From positions 18,478,001 through 18,542,000 of the forward strand of contig NC_087245.1 in NCBI RefSeq assembly GCF_037042905.1: DNA of 64,000 nucleotides, read 5' to 3'. Below, piece after piece: positions 14,420 through 28,520 of the stretch; the first letter of the stretch is position 1, and each line of letters begins with the position of its first letter. The notes beneath the pieces were generated by a model, which searched no databases, was not told the DNA's origin, and saw nothing but the letters and a program-made list of their open reading frames with translations. Origin of the DNA: Lytechinus pictus. Taxonomy: Eukaryota. A program made the translations under genes and the position numbers.

Positions 14420-14540
14420 TATCTTTATCATTACTTCTTTTATTATTATTATTAGTACTATTACTATCACTATTACTATTATCATTATTATTATTATCAT
14501 TGTTGTTGTTGTCACCATTGTCATTATTATTATTATTACA
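14420..14540. repeat. Degenerate trinucleotide microsatellite (TTA/TCA/TTG)n
   Basis: Visible 3-nt periodicity; source of the Ile/Asn-rich spurious ORFs. Confidence 0.9.
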
Positions 14541-15543
14541 CAAAATAAAAATAAATACACCCTGATAATCAATGATCATAGGAGCTGCAATAACTTCCCA
14601 AATCTTATACAATAAGGAATACAAGGTAAATCTTCCATCTCGCTTTCCAAAGACAGACCATCATCATGATACCGAGCTATTATCCACCTATTTCTTCAAA
14701 ATAGGTTGTCCTTTGCATGCTTGAATGGGTAGAGTACCGGTAGATGTTGAAAACAAAGCTCTCCGCTGATGATTTCTTTCATCCTCTCTGTAATAAACGC
14801 GAGATACCAGGCAAGGGACTGAGATGGGCGAGGGACTGAGAAGCGTAAATCATTTATGTGACGCTCTGCCTAATGTCACATGAAAGGAAGCTATATTCTT
14901 GCCATTTATCTCCCCCTCCTGACCAACACCCCGAAGTGTGTTTTATCAGATCTATGGACCAAGTGATAATGATATAAGTCTGTTTCTAATGCACATGTAC
15001 CATTACCAAGTTTAATATCCACTTATTGTTTGCTGTTTGCATTTTCTTAGGGTTTTTTTATCTGATCACATTGTAGTGTAGTGCAATAATTGAAGCATTT
15101 AAATGGAAGAGAGAAGGCATCATAACCACTGAAATCTATATATTTCACAACGCACATACATACGCCTTTTTAATAATAAGAGCTTCAATGACACATTATT
15201 CAGTAGGCTGATGGGTTATAGTAAATTGTCAACAATTCTACATAAAAGAAATCATGTGCATGTAATACATGTATATGTGACCTAACATGACTGTAACATA
15301 TTAAAAATCAAGAAAAACATGAATGTTCCCTGAAAGAATGATTAAATGGATTAGGCCTAATAGATTAATGAAGTGATTACAAACATAGAAAGAAGATATC
15401 TGCAAACTAAATAAGCATGAAACATTTTGAATGTCAATTGATTGTACCCTTTTTGCATGGATAACACTGTACAGTTATTTGAGACCATGATTTGGGGAAA
15501 GTGTATAAACACAGATGGGTTCTACACCAAGTGACCTATCAAA

Positions 15544-16407
15544 GGCCGTGTTTATGCTTCCACTTTTCAGGCCAGAATAAGCGTTTCCATACGTGATTAG
15601 TCCAAAACACGGTTGCGTCCATGCTTACTTTCATTTAAACGACGTTTCAAAACGCCGATCGTAAACTCACAAAAAGGTGCGTTTGTAAACGTCGTTTGAC
15701 CAGAATCAGGCTTTCTGGGGAAGTATAAACAGAACCACGATCGTAAACGTGTTTAAATGACGTCATTTGGTACATGCTTCTGGTGAGATGAAAATCCGCG
15801 GGCAAATACAGTCATATTGCTCCATGGTCGCATGTTACCTCCACGGAATAACCTCTCATCTCCCTTGTTACATTTGCATGTGTGATAATTGATTAAAGTA
15901 CTATCACTATACTCTTCCAATTTGTCACCACGATGAATGTTGAGGGATTTACACAAAAAAAACCTGGAACATTAGTTATAATGAGGAGACGTATCGCCAG
16001 ATGCCCCGGCCAGTAGCATAAACAAATAGATGTTTTATTATTATATTATGTATATTTAAATATTCTTTATTTTTTTCTCACTATTATCCTCACCATGGTG
16101 GAAATTATATGGCTATGTCAAGAAGCTCCATGCAATGACTCAGAAATTATACGATGTTTAAATAACAGTCGATGTACCTTCCCCATAATAACACTCGGAA
16201 AAAAAACTTTCGAAAAAGGGCGCGCCCAGTTTGATCTCGCTTTCCTGCTCAACGAGAATTACGATGCGATGCCAGCTGGAGTTCGTGATTTCGCCTCTGA
16301 AAAGTTAAGCATAAACAGCATTCCCAGAACCACGTTTACAATCAGTGTTTTGAAACAACGTTTGAAAACGCTGATTCTGTCTTCGCAATAGAAGCATAAA
16401 CACACCC
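15544..16407. mobile_element. Harbinger-like MITE
   Basis: AAA|GGCCGTGTTTATGCTTC ... GAAGCATAAACACACCC|AAA; 3-bp TSD. Confidence 0.78.
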
Positions 16408-16585
16408 AAATTGATAGCTACATGTTCATGTAGATGGATCAGCAGAATAATGTCTGCCATATCTTTTCTAAATATGTGCACTTTATTATAGGAACAAAGA
16501 GCTTTCGGGATAATAAATCTTCATCAAATTCTCAACTTTAAACCCATTGACTATTCATAAATCCATGTAGGCTATTTGAAACATA

Positions 16586-17048
16586 GAGGCTGTTCTCACT
16601 ACGTTCCTAAAACTAGTTTACTGGAAACTAGTTTAGTGGAAACTAGTTTAACGCGTAGTGAGAACGGTCAAAGCGGTCTTGGAAGCGATCTTCCAAACCA
16701 GTTTGGAAAACCACCTCGCGATGTAGTTTTCAAGATCGCTTTGCCTCGTTAAACTGGTTTTAGCGTAAGTGAGGACACAACCGTTCTTCGGGAAGCGATC
16801 TTCGTACATTTTGAGCGCGCTACTCCACACGACAGGTGTAGAATGCCTATGCTGCGGTTTCGAATTTCGCGCGAAACGTGTCACCCCACTGAGAGCATTT
16901 CCATAGCAACAAGAGCGCTTTACGTGAAGTGATTTTGAAAACCACTTTCGTGTGATCAAGTGAGAACGCTAGCAAAGCGATCTTCCAAACTGGCTTTCTG
17001 AACCGGTTCCCAGTAAACTAGTTTTAGGAACGTAGTGAGAACAGCCTC
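16586..17048. mobile_element. MITE family A, intact copy
   Basis: ATA|GAGGCTGTTCTCACTACGTTCCTAAAACTAGTTTACTGG ... perfect inverted end|ATA. Confidence 0.9.
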
Positions 17049-17472
17049 ATATTTGATTGCTAGCAGAGAACTTTAGCCTTCATGTTTGTACTCTCACTAC
17101 CAGGCTCACTTTACACTTATGTAAACATATGAAACTAATTCTAAATGTCTTTATTTTCAATTTTTTATTTTCAAATGCACATGAATAAATACTGCAGCAA
17201 AAACACCATATAGCGGTACATAATTTCGAGCAGTGCAAATGCAGAAGTTAGGCCGACAGGACTGATGTACATGTAAAAATATCCTTGATCCAACTGTAGA
17301 TACTTTTACACCCTCCTGGTCACAAAAATATCTGGCATTTCCTTATTGGGAACTCTACCCAGATCACAAAGTACCAGGTATTTTATGATGAAAACCAGAA
17401 AACAATCATGCACACTTCAAGTTGTGAGATCTTTGTAGGGATATGAAAGAAGATAATGAAAACTTCTATATA

Positions 17473-18361
17473 GGGCCGTCTGCACCATCCCGAGTTTTCA
17501 AATTAGCGCGCTATTTCTGATCCGGCAAATTATCCCGATCTGAAAAATCTCGAGATAGTTGGCGGTGGAGACGCAATTATCGCGCTGGTTCGTAGGATTA
17601 ATCTCGAGATTGCAATCCCAAGTCAACTCGGGTTTATTTGCAAAATAGCGCGCTATTTTACGAATTATCCCGCTAATTCGTCGGTGCAGACGCACTCGAG
17701 ATTGGACTCGGGGTAATTTATTCATGACGTCAGTCCATAATGCAATTCGCGTTCCACTTCCGCCTTGGTCAAAACATAAACACGTGCGAAAGTCAACTTT
17801 ATACATGCGAATAGCGTTCATCAATTGCCTAATAAGCAACGATGGTGTCCCACCAGTGAATGGATTTTGGGAGAGACCAGACCGAAGGGGGAGGCGCTCA
17901 TCGACGATGGTCATATTCAATAACAACACTGACAGCAGTGTTGTCTTATTCCTTCGCAAAATGTGAGCAAATAGCATTTCTTTCCTCCTTCTCTCCCTCT
18001 CTCTCTCTCTCTGTCGTTGCCTCCTACTCCGCCATCATATTTAACGAAGAATACATCACTTCTTCACTCGCTGAGCTGAGAGGATTGTTGCATAACACCG
18101 GTCGAATTCGGCGAAAGTGCTGGTGAAAGGAGTACATTGCTTGCATATCGCAGGAAGTTATTCAAAAGCGCGGGCCGTTGAAACTCCAAGATCCGAAAGT
18201 GCGCATGCTCGTAACATCGGGCTTGTTGCCTCGCTCGAGCAGGAATCGCTCTTCTTGCGATGGTGGAGACGGGGTTTCTTGAATCTCGAGATTAATCGCG
18301 AAGTGGGCCGATCGGGCTAAAATCTCGAGATTGAGCAAACTCGGGATGGTGCAGCACCACC
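17473..18361 (-). mobile_element. Harbinger-like deletion derivative with a transposase-like remnant
   Basis: TIR core CTGCACCATCCCGAGTTT / AAACTCGGGATGGTGCAG; flanks ATA/TTA; minus-strand fragment VWSLPKSIHWWDTIV at ~17838-17882. Confidence 0.75.
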
Positions 18362-18459
18362 TTATGGGATCTTTATCTGGTTCCAACAGAAAGAGTAAAT
18401 GCATGAGATAAGGTATTTTGAGGAATGAATTTTAATACAAGGTCTTGTGACTTGGAGCA

Positions 18460-18712
18460 CTTTTTTATCAGGGAGGTGTGAAAGCAATTCTTGATCATAT
18501 TGACACCAATGTTTGATATGAGCATGGAGGTCCATGATATAAGAGTTGACATTTACATGTATGGTCCTATTAGTTGCTATTTCCCATAAAAATCTTTTTT
18601 TGATCAGGCAGGTGTGAAAGCAATTCTTGATTATATTGATACCAATGTTTTATATGAGCGTGGAGGTCCATGATATGAGAGTTGCCATTTTGGTCCTATT
18701 AGTTGCAATTTC
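18460..18712 (+). repeat. Diverged tandem duplication (~135-bp unit)
   Basis: AGGTGTGAAAGCAATTCTTGAT...TGGAGGTCCATGATAT...GGTCCTATTAGTTGC occurs twice. Confidence 0.8.
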
Positions 18713-18917
18713 CAATCAACATTCAGGTCTAATTAGCACATACATGGACAGTGTACTACAATGCACAAGCCATCAAATATTTACAACCTCCCAGCCCTCT
18801 CTGCAATGTATGTATTGATGCCTACATGTTATGTAATCAAGCTTTCTTAATGCACTGCTGCTGATACGACCACTTATGTTGTTTGAAAAATAGTGGTAAT
18901 ACATGTATACATGAAGC

Positions 18918-19085
18918 AATGATATAATAATAGTGATGAGGATGATGATGATGGTGATGATGATGACGATGATGATAGTAAGATCAATAAAAATATTAAT
19001 AAATATTATTAACAATATAACAATAATAATAATTATAATAATAATAATGGTGATGATGATAATAATAATAATATTGATGATAAAG
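18918..19085. repeat. Trinucleotide microsatellite (GAT/AAT)n
   Basis: Visible periodicity. Confidence 0.9.
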
Positions 19086-19511
19086 AGCAATAGAAAAAAT
19101 AACAATACTGTGTAGTATTAAGATAATTTAAAAAATCATCATCGTATGATGAATTCAATTTTTGATCATGATGGCCTGTTCATTTTCCATTCTCGGGCTC
19201 ATGCTCAATGCATTGTTCAAGCCTAAAACAAATATTTGACAGTGAATGGGAACTTGAACACAGGTCATGAAATTGGCAACTTCACAGCTAGAGGTACATT
19301 TGATAGGTATTACCAAGGTCATCTCACATATGGAGAGTGTTAATTACATGTGTACAAGCAAATCAAAGGCTGTAGTAACCTTGCAATCAAATGGAACGAT
19401 GAATTCCTATTGCTCCATAGTCTACCATGGTAAGGGCATGGCACATGGTAAAGAGATACGAGCCTATTTCATGTGAAACACTTAAAAGAAGGAAAGCATG
19501 GGGTTGTTTAA

Positions 19512-20104
19512 AGGACAAGTCCACCTCAGAAAAATGTTGATTTGAATCAGTAGAGAAAAATCAGACAAATGCTGAAAATTTCATCAAAATTGGATGTAAA
19601 ATAAGAAAGTTATTACACTTTAAAGTTTCGCTTATTTTTCTTAAAATAGTTATATATGCACAATTTAGTCACATGCAAATGAGAGGATCGATGATGTCAC
19701 TCACTCACTATTTCCTTCGTTTTTTATTGTTTGATTTATACAAACTTTCATTTTTTACAGATTTGACAATAAGGACCAACTTGACTGAACCATAAAATGT
19801 TAAACAATGGTAATTCCTCATGTTCAGGGAGAAATGAAACTTTGTTCCACAGGACAATGGGGAGAAAATTAGCATATTTCATATAATACATTACAAAAGA
19901 AATAGTGAGTATGTGATGTCATCAGTTCCCTCATTTGCATACCGACCGGGATGTGCATATAACCGTTTGGTGAAATTAAGCAAAATTTTAAAATGTCATA
20001 ACATTCTTATTTTACATCCGATTTTGATGAAATTTTCAGCGTTATGCTTCTTTGATTTTTCTCTTTTTATTCAAATCAACTTGTTGTTGGGGTGGACTTG
20101 TCCT
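19512..20104. mobile_element. TTAA MITE family B, uninterrupted copy
   Basis: TTAA|AGGACAAGTCCACC ... GGTGGACTTGTCCT|TTAA. Confidence 0.9.
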
Positions 20105-21130
20105 TTAACAAAGGTTCAGAATAGATGTGACTTGAAGTCGCACTTAAATTCCCAGTTGCACCCGGTATAAAAGCTATCACCTCATTGGTCAAATAAAGCT
20201 CAGGGGACATGCACTATTGTGTATCAATCAATGAGATTACACGTTAAATACTACATGTATTTGACTTTGAGTGTCACTGTCATGTGAAACACCCCCAGGT
20301 TTATTGGCTCTATCCAGACTCTTAGTACGTACAGTGTACATGATTTACAAGGGGTTAGTTACACCTACATGTAGTTACATGTGTGTGCTCTGATAAAAGC
20401 TGACAATTAATTTTTGATGGCAATCATTTTTTGAAATATAGCACTTGACAATATTGTGTACTTAGAGCCAATGTGTAATGCTGTCATTTTCATTTTATTG
20501 TTTTGGTTTTTTTTTGTTTACTCCGAGGCCTACATGTGGGCTACATGTCGTAAATTGTGTATTTCATAATTCAGAAAACATGAATGCCTAGATATTATGC
20601 ATGGGAAGCAATCTACCCTCCCATCTAGTCTGCAGGCACAGACCCTAATTGAAACTTTGATCAGCAAGTGTGTCTCCACGCAAAGACTAGCACATACAAG
20701 ACTTGCTATTTCATCGAGAGGGCCTTCAGTACACAAGGTATGAGTAGGCTGCACATTCAGACCCTTAACTCGAGTGACGGGGTTTGCACAGCAGACTACC
20801 TCCCACCCCTGTCATCACAATAATCTTTGCAGCCTATATTTAAAAGCAGGGCCTACAGTACATGTACAATGCAACAAAAGTGCATACATTTTAGAAACTA
20901 AAATTTATACTGTATGAGAATAAAAATAATTTGAATTTGAGAGAAGGGCAAAAGGTGCTATCATGTTACATTGTGGAGATAATTAATATTTCCATGGATA
21001 CATTTATCTTTATATCAATGAAAAGTATGCAAACCATCTACACACGGCTTCTTTCAACATGAAAACAGTCCAGATGGACACTACTCATCAATGAGAAGCC
21101 ATACAAACGGCACACAGGAGGGCTAACAAT

Positions 21131-21890
21131 AGGGGCTTTCACACATGCCAAAAAACTATAAATATTTATTTTGCAAATGTGAAGCAAAGTACTCGAAAAT
21201 ATTTCCATAAATAACAATCCTGCATATTATTAGGTACTTATTTTTCCAAATCAAAATAAATTTTGCATGGAATTCTTGAAGTCACTGAATATTTAGTGTG
21301 GAAATTATTCAAAAGACCATTTGAGGCAAGATGGATTTGCATCCTTTGACTGAGGAATGCTCTAGGAAAGTTGCATACATAATAGATATTATTAAATTGT
21401 GTGAATTCAATTGTGTGAATAATGTAGTGTAGGGTCTATCTAAAATAAATTGTATTGTTTATATCTATAGGGCCTAAGTTGCCTACAATGTGAATACTGT
21501 GAAATATAAAATACATAAAACTGAATGGTGTAAATGTGCAAAATAAACTTGGGCTGGGTTTATGTGAACTCAATCCAGAATCATGATTCAAAACACAAGA
21601 GTCAAACAAAAACTGCCGCCCTTTCACACAGTAAAAAAAATCGTAATTTGAATGATGATTCCAGTGAAAAATCAGGCTCATGACGAATTTTAAGCACGTG
21701 TGAAACCAAACTAGAATCACGAACACTAGTCACAATCACAAATTCAAATTCTACTCTGGAGGTGAATTCCAATTAAGTTTCACTCAAATTACAGTACAAA
21801 TTTTCCGTGTGAAAGGTTCCGATGACTCTAAAGACGAATTGCAATCTTCTTTACAATGATGATTCAAGATTCACGTGGGAAAAGGCCCCT
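21131..21890. mobile_element. Degraded MITE-like element
   Basis: AGGGGCTTTCACACATG at left and CACGTGGGAAAAGGCCCCT at right; internal TTTCACAC/GTGTGAAA motifs; no clear TSD. Confidence 0.4.
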
Positions 21891-23417
21891 AGCCCGACAC
21901 AATGACATCATAGAAACGTGATTCAATCACGATTGCGTTTCTACGACCTTTCTCATTCATGATTCTACAGAAAAACGCCCCATTTTCTGTGTTTCATGTT
22001 TGTGATTTGAAAGATGTTTATTTTAACTTCTGACTAAACACAATCGTGATTCTGCAGAATCATGATTTGAATCCTGATTTGAGTTATGATTTTTTAATTG
22101 CACCCCTTGTTTTGGTACTTAAGGTCATGAACTGATCAATTCCCATACTGCACAACTATATTCCTGATTGGGCTGGTGTTAATACACCCAATGATAGAGA
22201 GAAGCTATTGATGCATTGGTAAATATGATAACAAAAGGTGGTAGGTAGACCAGGACATATGCCGGATTGAATCATATCATCGGTATGATATCACTGCAGC
22301 TTCCATGTCATAAAGATATTGGATTACTGCTTTTTCTTTTGTGTGCTCTTGCCGTGTGTCCTGTGTACGTACATTGTAGTTCTAAAATGCATGAATTCAT
22401 ACATGTAGTTAATGTTTTCTTCATTTTTAAGGCTAAATGCTATGATTACCATTACAAATGGCGTTTCAGAATGGAGAGGACTATTTCATTTAGCATGTAC
22501 ATGTACAAGTACTGAATATCATAAAGTACATTTTTTAGGTCATGTACACATATGAGTCATAATTCATGAAACAAGGTACATGTACTGTACTGTACTGATA
22601 AATCATCTTTATTATCATAATGACAAAATCCAATATAAGAATACCTTCGTTCCTTAAATTTTTTTTTACTTAGTTTATTGACTTCCCTCCCCCAAAGAAT
22701 GTCATTTGCATGTAGGCTGACATATACATTTAAAGGCCTCAATAATGTTTTTATGTGTCTTTTACATGTATAGTAATGTCACATTTATGTCTGTAAAAGT
22801 TAATGAACTGTCATTCATGCCTAAATGTATTCATACCATTGCATGAATAAAGCAATAATATCAATGTCAACAGTCCTCAAAAGACCCTTCAATAAATCCT
22901 CATCAAATATAGAGTCCAGCTAGCACAGCAAATCCCCAATCAGCTCCAAGCTGGCTTTGTTTTTTAATTGGATTCGGCATGTAATTAGAGAGAGATCCCA
23001 AGCTCATTATCCAGCAGACTAGTCTTCATTAGGGCCTAGACTCCATTAAAGATAGATTCAGGGCAGAGTCAGCCATCTGTAATTGATTTCCCAGTGAGGA
23101 TCTAATGTTGATGGGATATGTGGAACAAACTGACTCCTTTTTGATCTACAATGTATAGGATGATGATGTGGGTGGGGTTACTGGGGTGAATCATTTATAT
23201 CATGTATACATGTAGGATTCATCTTTCTCTGGCAACGACTGCTCCTATGGAAATCTATATAACAGCAAGCATAGACCCCAGTACCTGAAATCTAACTCTA
23301 ACCCTTGAACTGATTCTAACAATATCATGAAGGGGAAAAAAAAATCCAAGATTGTAAAAACTGTACTTCTACAACTTTGGCATTGCCAGAATTGTGAGAT
23401 AAGGTGGAGGGAGGTAA

Positions 23418-23846
23418 AGGCCCTGTCACATCGTTCCGTGCAACGCTCGCATGTAACTTGCAGGTGACTATTTTTTACACTGCAGGTCACTTGTAGTTCG
23501 ACCGTATCTCGCACATATCTTGCACACACTTGCCCGAAGAAGCGCACGCAAGTCTGATTTGCACGCAGAAAAGTTTTAAACATGCTCAACACTTGTGGCA
23601 GATAAGTTGCAGGTGTGTGTATTTGAGTTTTGTCAGACGTGTTTCAATCAGGTGTGTGTATTTGAGTTTTGTCAGACGTGTATCAATCAGATATGATTAT
23701 TTACGTCTGGGACCGACCTTTAACGTCACCATCCGAAAGACGTGACCAGGGATCAAACCTCGAATCTCTGCATCAATTTGTAACTTCCCCACATAGCTTG
23801 GATTACAGGCGCACGCCAGAACGCCCAGGTGATTACTGTAGGGCCT
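23418..23846. mobile_element. Harbinger-like element with TAA TSD containing a SINE-like segment
   Basis: TAA|AGGCCCT ... AGGGCCT|TAA; internal ~40-bp tandem duplication at 23610-23691; segment 23640-23730 recurs inverted at ~34580-34650. Confidence 0.55.
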
Positions 23847-25218
23847 TAATAATGTCAGGAAACATTTTTAAAAGCAGTGATTGAGCAGTACATTGACTTT
23901 GATGTGGGTGTGGCTGTTCATGGGAAGCGAATAGAAAAGGTAAATCTACAGTCAAACCCCCTTTCCTGTGAGAAGCAGATGAGGGTGGGATGGGTAATAT
24001 TGCTACCGGTGCTCTATTTAGAAAAGGGTAATCAGACAAATTGTTTCCAATACTACATTTACACTACGGTATACAAGGGTGGAGCTGCCAAAGGGAATTA
24101 GAAATAAAATAGAATTTGTGAGCATCTTCACATGAGATTTCACCTTGCCAGGCATGTAGTTCCCTCGTGGGATTTCATGGATTTGAAGACTTACAGTTTT
24201 AGACCTCATACATGAACTAGTTACTCATGGGAGTGCAGAAATTGAATGCCTCTGGAGAAATCATATTACACTGTACACTTCCATTTTAAGATAGGAAGGG
24301 GAAATGTAATCTGGAATCCAGACTCCCTCCTTTAGTTTGATGAAAGAAGTATTTGCACAGCGTTGTACTTTACATTGCAGAAGGGAATTCCATTTTCAAC
24401 CCATCTATTAGATCCTCCCCCTCTCCCTTGTAGATTCCAAATATATTGAATTAAATGCACAATACACTTGAACTCCAGACTTGATATTAGAAAGAAAAGT
24501 CATAATAAAGGCTATACTTTTTACACACAAAGGCAAGAGATGCAAAAACTGCACAACTACATAGAAGACGTCAACAACACAGATTGAGGGGTTGACTAGT
24601 TCACATTTTAATATACACATGGGTACATTCTAGGCATATTTTTATTGAAAAAAAATATCTATTGCAAACAAGTTTAACACACTTCAAGAATAAAAAAAGC
24701 ATATTATCTGTGGTAGATTCTATACGGTAACAAGTGACGACATGTTCATCAAAGCCTACATATCATCTACATGTACACTACTCTTTTTCTTGAAAGAGAA
24801 TTCTAAGATGAAGAACCTTGGATCATTGTACAGATAGAAGGCATTCATCAGTAAATAATTCATGCAATCAAGCTTGCTATTGGCCTCCTAGAAACTCCCT
24901 CAGTTAAGGGTGACTCATAGGCTTTACATGTACTGTACCTGGCTTGGGATTGTTTTATAATTCACCGCGCTACAACTTGGGACAACAAATTGTGACAAAT
25001 CAGGCAAAAACAAGCTATGTACAGCATGTACTGTAGCCTACATGTAGCCAGCATCCCCCTGTACTGCTGAGAAGTCTGAAATAATGTAAGTCTCCTTTTT
25101 GTACATATATATATGGTGCCGACCCTCTCTAAATACCTTATTCAGATTTATACTCTCATTTTCCTTAATCCAGGCACATGGTCTGGTCTCCTACACTCCT
25201 TTAATAGCCATACTTTAA

Positions 25219-26233
25219 AGGTCAAGTCCACCCAAGAAAATTGTTGATTTGAATCGATAGAGAATAATCAAACAAACATAACGTTGCAAATTTCATCGAA
25301 ATCGGATGTAAAATAAGAAAGTTATGACATTTTTAAGTTTCGCTTATTTTTCACAAAACAGTTAAATGCACAACTCAGCGATATGCAAATGAGAGACAGA
25401 TACCCCTTTCATAAACCCAATAAAACCCAATTATGCGGCTAAAAGCAGTATAATTTGGTTGTAAAATCAGAGGAGGACAAGAGTTATCCGCATTATTCTG
25501 ATGCTGCTTTTATCCGCATAATAGCAGCATCGGGACAAGATTTTGAGTTCATGAACGTATTTCCAAATAATGCGGATAATTGCCATGGTGCGGTCACAAG
25601 GTCACCCTTTTCCAACACAACCGCATCGGAGGGGGCGTGTCCAGTTGTCATGACGATTATCCGCCTTTTTCAGGACGGGCGCTCTTAAAAATAATGCGGA
25701 TAATTTTCTGAGTTTGTGAACGCAATTTTTATTGAATTATCCGCATTACTCTTAGGCGGCTAATTGGAGGATAGGTTTTATTGGGTTTATGAAAGGGGTA
25801 AGAGAGTCAATGATGTCCATCACTCACTATTTCTTTTGTTTTAAAATTGTTTGAATAATACAATTTTGCAATTTTTACAGATTTGACAATAAGCACCAAC
25901 TTAACTTAGCCATAAACTGTTAAAATAATGGTAATTCCACATGTTCAGGGAAAAAATAATAGTTTGTTTCACTTGAAAAGGAGGAGAAAATTATAATATT
26001 TCACATTTCATATAATAAAATACAAAAGAAATAGTGAGTGGGTGACGTCATCAGTCTGCCAATTCGCATACCGACCAGGATGTGCATATAACTGTTTTGT
26101 GAAATTAAGCGAAACTTTAAAATGTCATAACTTTCTTATTTTACATCCGATTTTGATGAAATTTTCAGTGTTTTGCTAGTTGGATTTTTCTCCTCTTTTT
26201 CAAATCAACTTTTTGTTGAGGTGGACTTGTCCT
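25219..26233. mobile_element. TTAA MITE family B with nested family C
   Basis: TTAA|AGGTCAAGTCCACCC ... GGTGGACTTGTCCT|TTAA. Confidence 0.88.
25401..25800. mobile_element. MITE family C
   Basis: TACCCCTTTCATAAACCCAATAAAAC / GTTTTATTGGGTTTATGAAAGGGGTA; near-identical to 33162-33552. The terminal TA may be the TSD, or a 3-bp AGA TSD may apply. Confidence 0.88.
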
Positions 26234-26546
26234 TTAAGTAATTACCCAGGGTAAAGCTTAGCCCATTTTGGTTTCAGAAAATAGTATAATATCGAAAGGT
26301 CACGAAAGTGGGACGCCCCCCAAAAAAAATTTTCTCAGTAACCTTGCAAAACCTTGAAATTAACCATTAATTGTGGTTTTACATGTAGGTGTTTAGACAG
26401 CCCGCCCCTGCCAAGCCCTCCCCTCCCCCCTGCCACATTAAAATTAATTCCACTGCATACTGCTAGCTACATCTGGCCCTGACAAAAAGCCTGAGTATCC
26501 AGCTTTAAGATGTACAAGTATGTTTTCAAAATAACTTAGAGCTTAA

Positions 26547-27111
26547 AGGGGTACTCCGGGCTGAAAATATTTGTATCTAAATAAATAAAGTAAAATTCAC
26601 AGCGCACAATGCTGAAAATTTCATAAAAATCAGATAACAAATAAGAAAGTTTTAATACTGAATTTTAAAGTCTAGAAATATTTTGTGAAAATAGTTATAT
26701 GCACATCATCATGAATATTCATTAGGTGAGCTGATGATGTCACAACCCCACTTTTTCATACATGCGTGAATAATGTGTCTCCTTTATATTGAAATAAGTT
26801 GCAGCAATGAATATCTAATGTAAAATCAGTTCTCAATCCAATTTAAGTTCTTGGTAGAAAAAATTTGAATAAACTCAACTTCATATGACAAAATACAAAA
26901 GAACAAGTGGGGATACATGTATGACATCATCAATTTGCTCATTGAATATTTATGAAGATATGCCTCAAACTGTTTCACCGGAATAATGCAAATCTCTAAA
27001 ATGCCATAACTTGTTATTCCTTGTCCGATTTTGATCAAATTTTCAGTGTTTTGTTTGTCTGATTTTTCTTTATCTGTTTCAATCACATTATTTTCAGCCC
27101 GGAGCATCCCA
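26547..27111. mobile_element. TTAA MITE family D (Kolobok-like)
   Basis: TTAA|AGGGGTACTCCGGGCTGAAAAT ... TTTTCAGCCCGGAGCATCCCA|TTAA; sibling at 28567-29147. Confidence 0.82.
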
Positions 27112-28117
27112 TTAAAACATCTCCCCTGCAGAATGTACATGGATGTTTCTGTATGTAGCTGAAACATGTCACGGATCACACAAATGCTGCTTTATTATAA
27201 AAAGCCTTTCCGAAACATGTTTACATGGATGTCCAACAACTGGAAAATACCCTAAAACATGTTTTGAAACCTTAATTATGCTACAACTTTAGGTAAAGGC
27301 ACCCAATATAATGCATGGTAGGTTTCCACTTTCCACATAAACGAACTTGTTGTATAACCTAAATATGTTGACCGGAACAAGTACAATAATAATCTTCATA
27401 TACTGTACATGTATGCAGGCATACATCTACTCTAACAATGCCTGTGCAGTCCTCTCCAGATTTTATGTATCAACCAACATTCATGAAATATCCGATTTCC
27501 TACAGTAGGCATGCACATACTGTACATATAGTACATGAACAACAATGAGAAGGCCTACACGACACATCCATATATTTTTAATCAAACCTATATACAATGT
27601 AGTACACTTCCTCAATAGTAGGATCCATGATTTTGTGTTGTACCGGTTTTATACTTGATCAGGAAGTACAGCTAGAAAGATTTTACTCCCAATAGGCCTA
27701 CATGTACATGTATAGTGGTAGAACTTAAATAGTGCTCTCTAAAAAGGAACCTGAAGTTATAAAATGTATCCTACACACATAGTTCCTCATATTAGACTGG
27801 CAGCACCAGCACTTTCACAATAACAATACTCTGGTATTTGTGTATAAATTCAAAGGAAGTTTTACAAGTACATGAATAGACAAATTGCATGTACTTGAAT
27901 CCTCAGACAAACTAAACTGCCTACTCCTTTGTTACACATACTTGTACTCTTAACAATTTACATAGTGGTAATGTATATCAAGTGTGATGTTTTTAAAGTG
28001 CATCTTCAGAATTAGAATCGTAGAACAACTTCTCCTGGACAGCAGATGCCGGAACCCATCTCAAGTTTCAGATTTTTTGCAAGCAGTTTGGTCCGTGAAT
28101 GTAGAGCCATCTCTTTC

Positions 28118-28520
28118 GGTAAATTGCCAATTCGTCCACTGCCAACTCATCCACTCACCACATGGTCTACCTTCATTTTATAGTCTAAAGTCATTCCGTC
28201 CATCAACATTTCGTCAAACAACCATTTGGTCCAATCATCACTTCGTCTAATCACCAGCTCGTCTATTATCATTTCGTCTAATGACCAGTTGGTCTAATAC
28301 CCATTTTCTTTTCATTCATTTTGCACAATTAACACTAGTCTAATTAGACCACATGGTATATGGACTAAATGGCTATTGGACAAACTGGTTATTAGACAGA
28401 ATGGCATTAGACTAAATGAAAGTAGACCATGTGGTGAGTGGACGAACTGATGGGAGACTAAATGATAGTAGACGAATTGGCAATTGGATGAATTGGCATT
28501 AGACGAATTGGAAATAAACC
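28118..28520. mobile_element. Foldback-type element built of short subrepeats, 8-bp TSD
   Basis: TCTCTTTC|GGTAAATTGCCAATTCGTC ... GACGAATTGGAAATAAACC|TCTCTTTC; TTCGTCTAA-like units on the left arm and TTAGAC units on the right arm. Confidence 0.8.

Noticed and set aside
14351..14624. Ile/Asn-rich ORFs on both strands (also 18773-19115 and the YI-repeat ORFs near 59050-59621)
   Set aside because: Translations of microsatellites, with no splice or homology support.
17498..17977. Longest ORF in the track (159 aa)
   Set aside because: It lies in a MITE and runs into the TIR region; only a short segment in another frame looks transposase-like, so it is not an intact gene.
25455..25688. 77-aa ORF repeated at 33216-33449
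   Set aside because: The similarity simply reflects two copies of MITE family C; non-ATG start and no recognisable domain. The same applies to the family A and family E ORFs.
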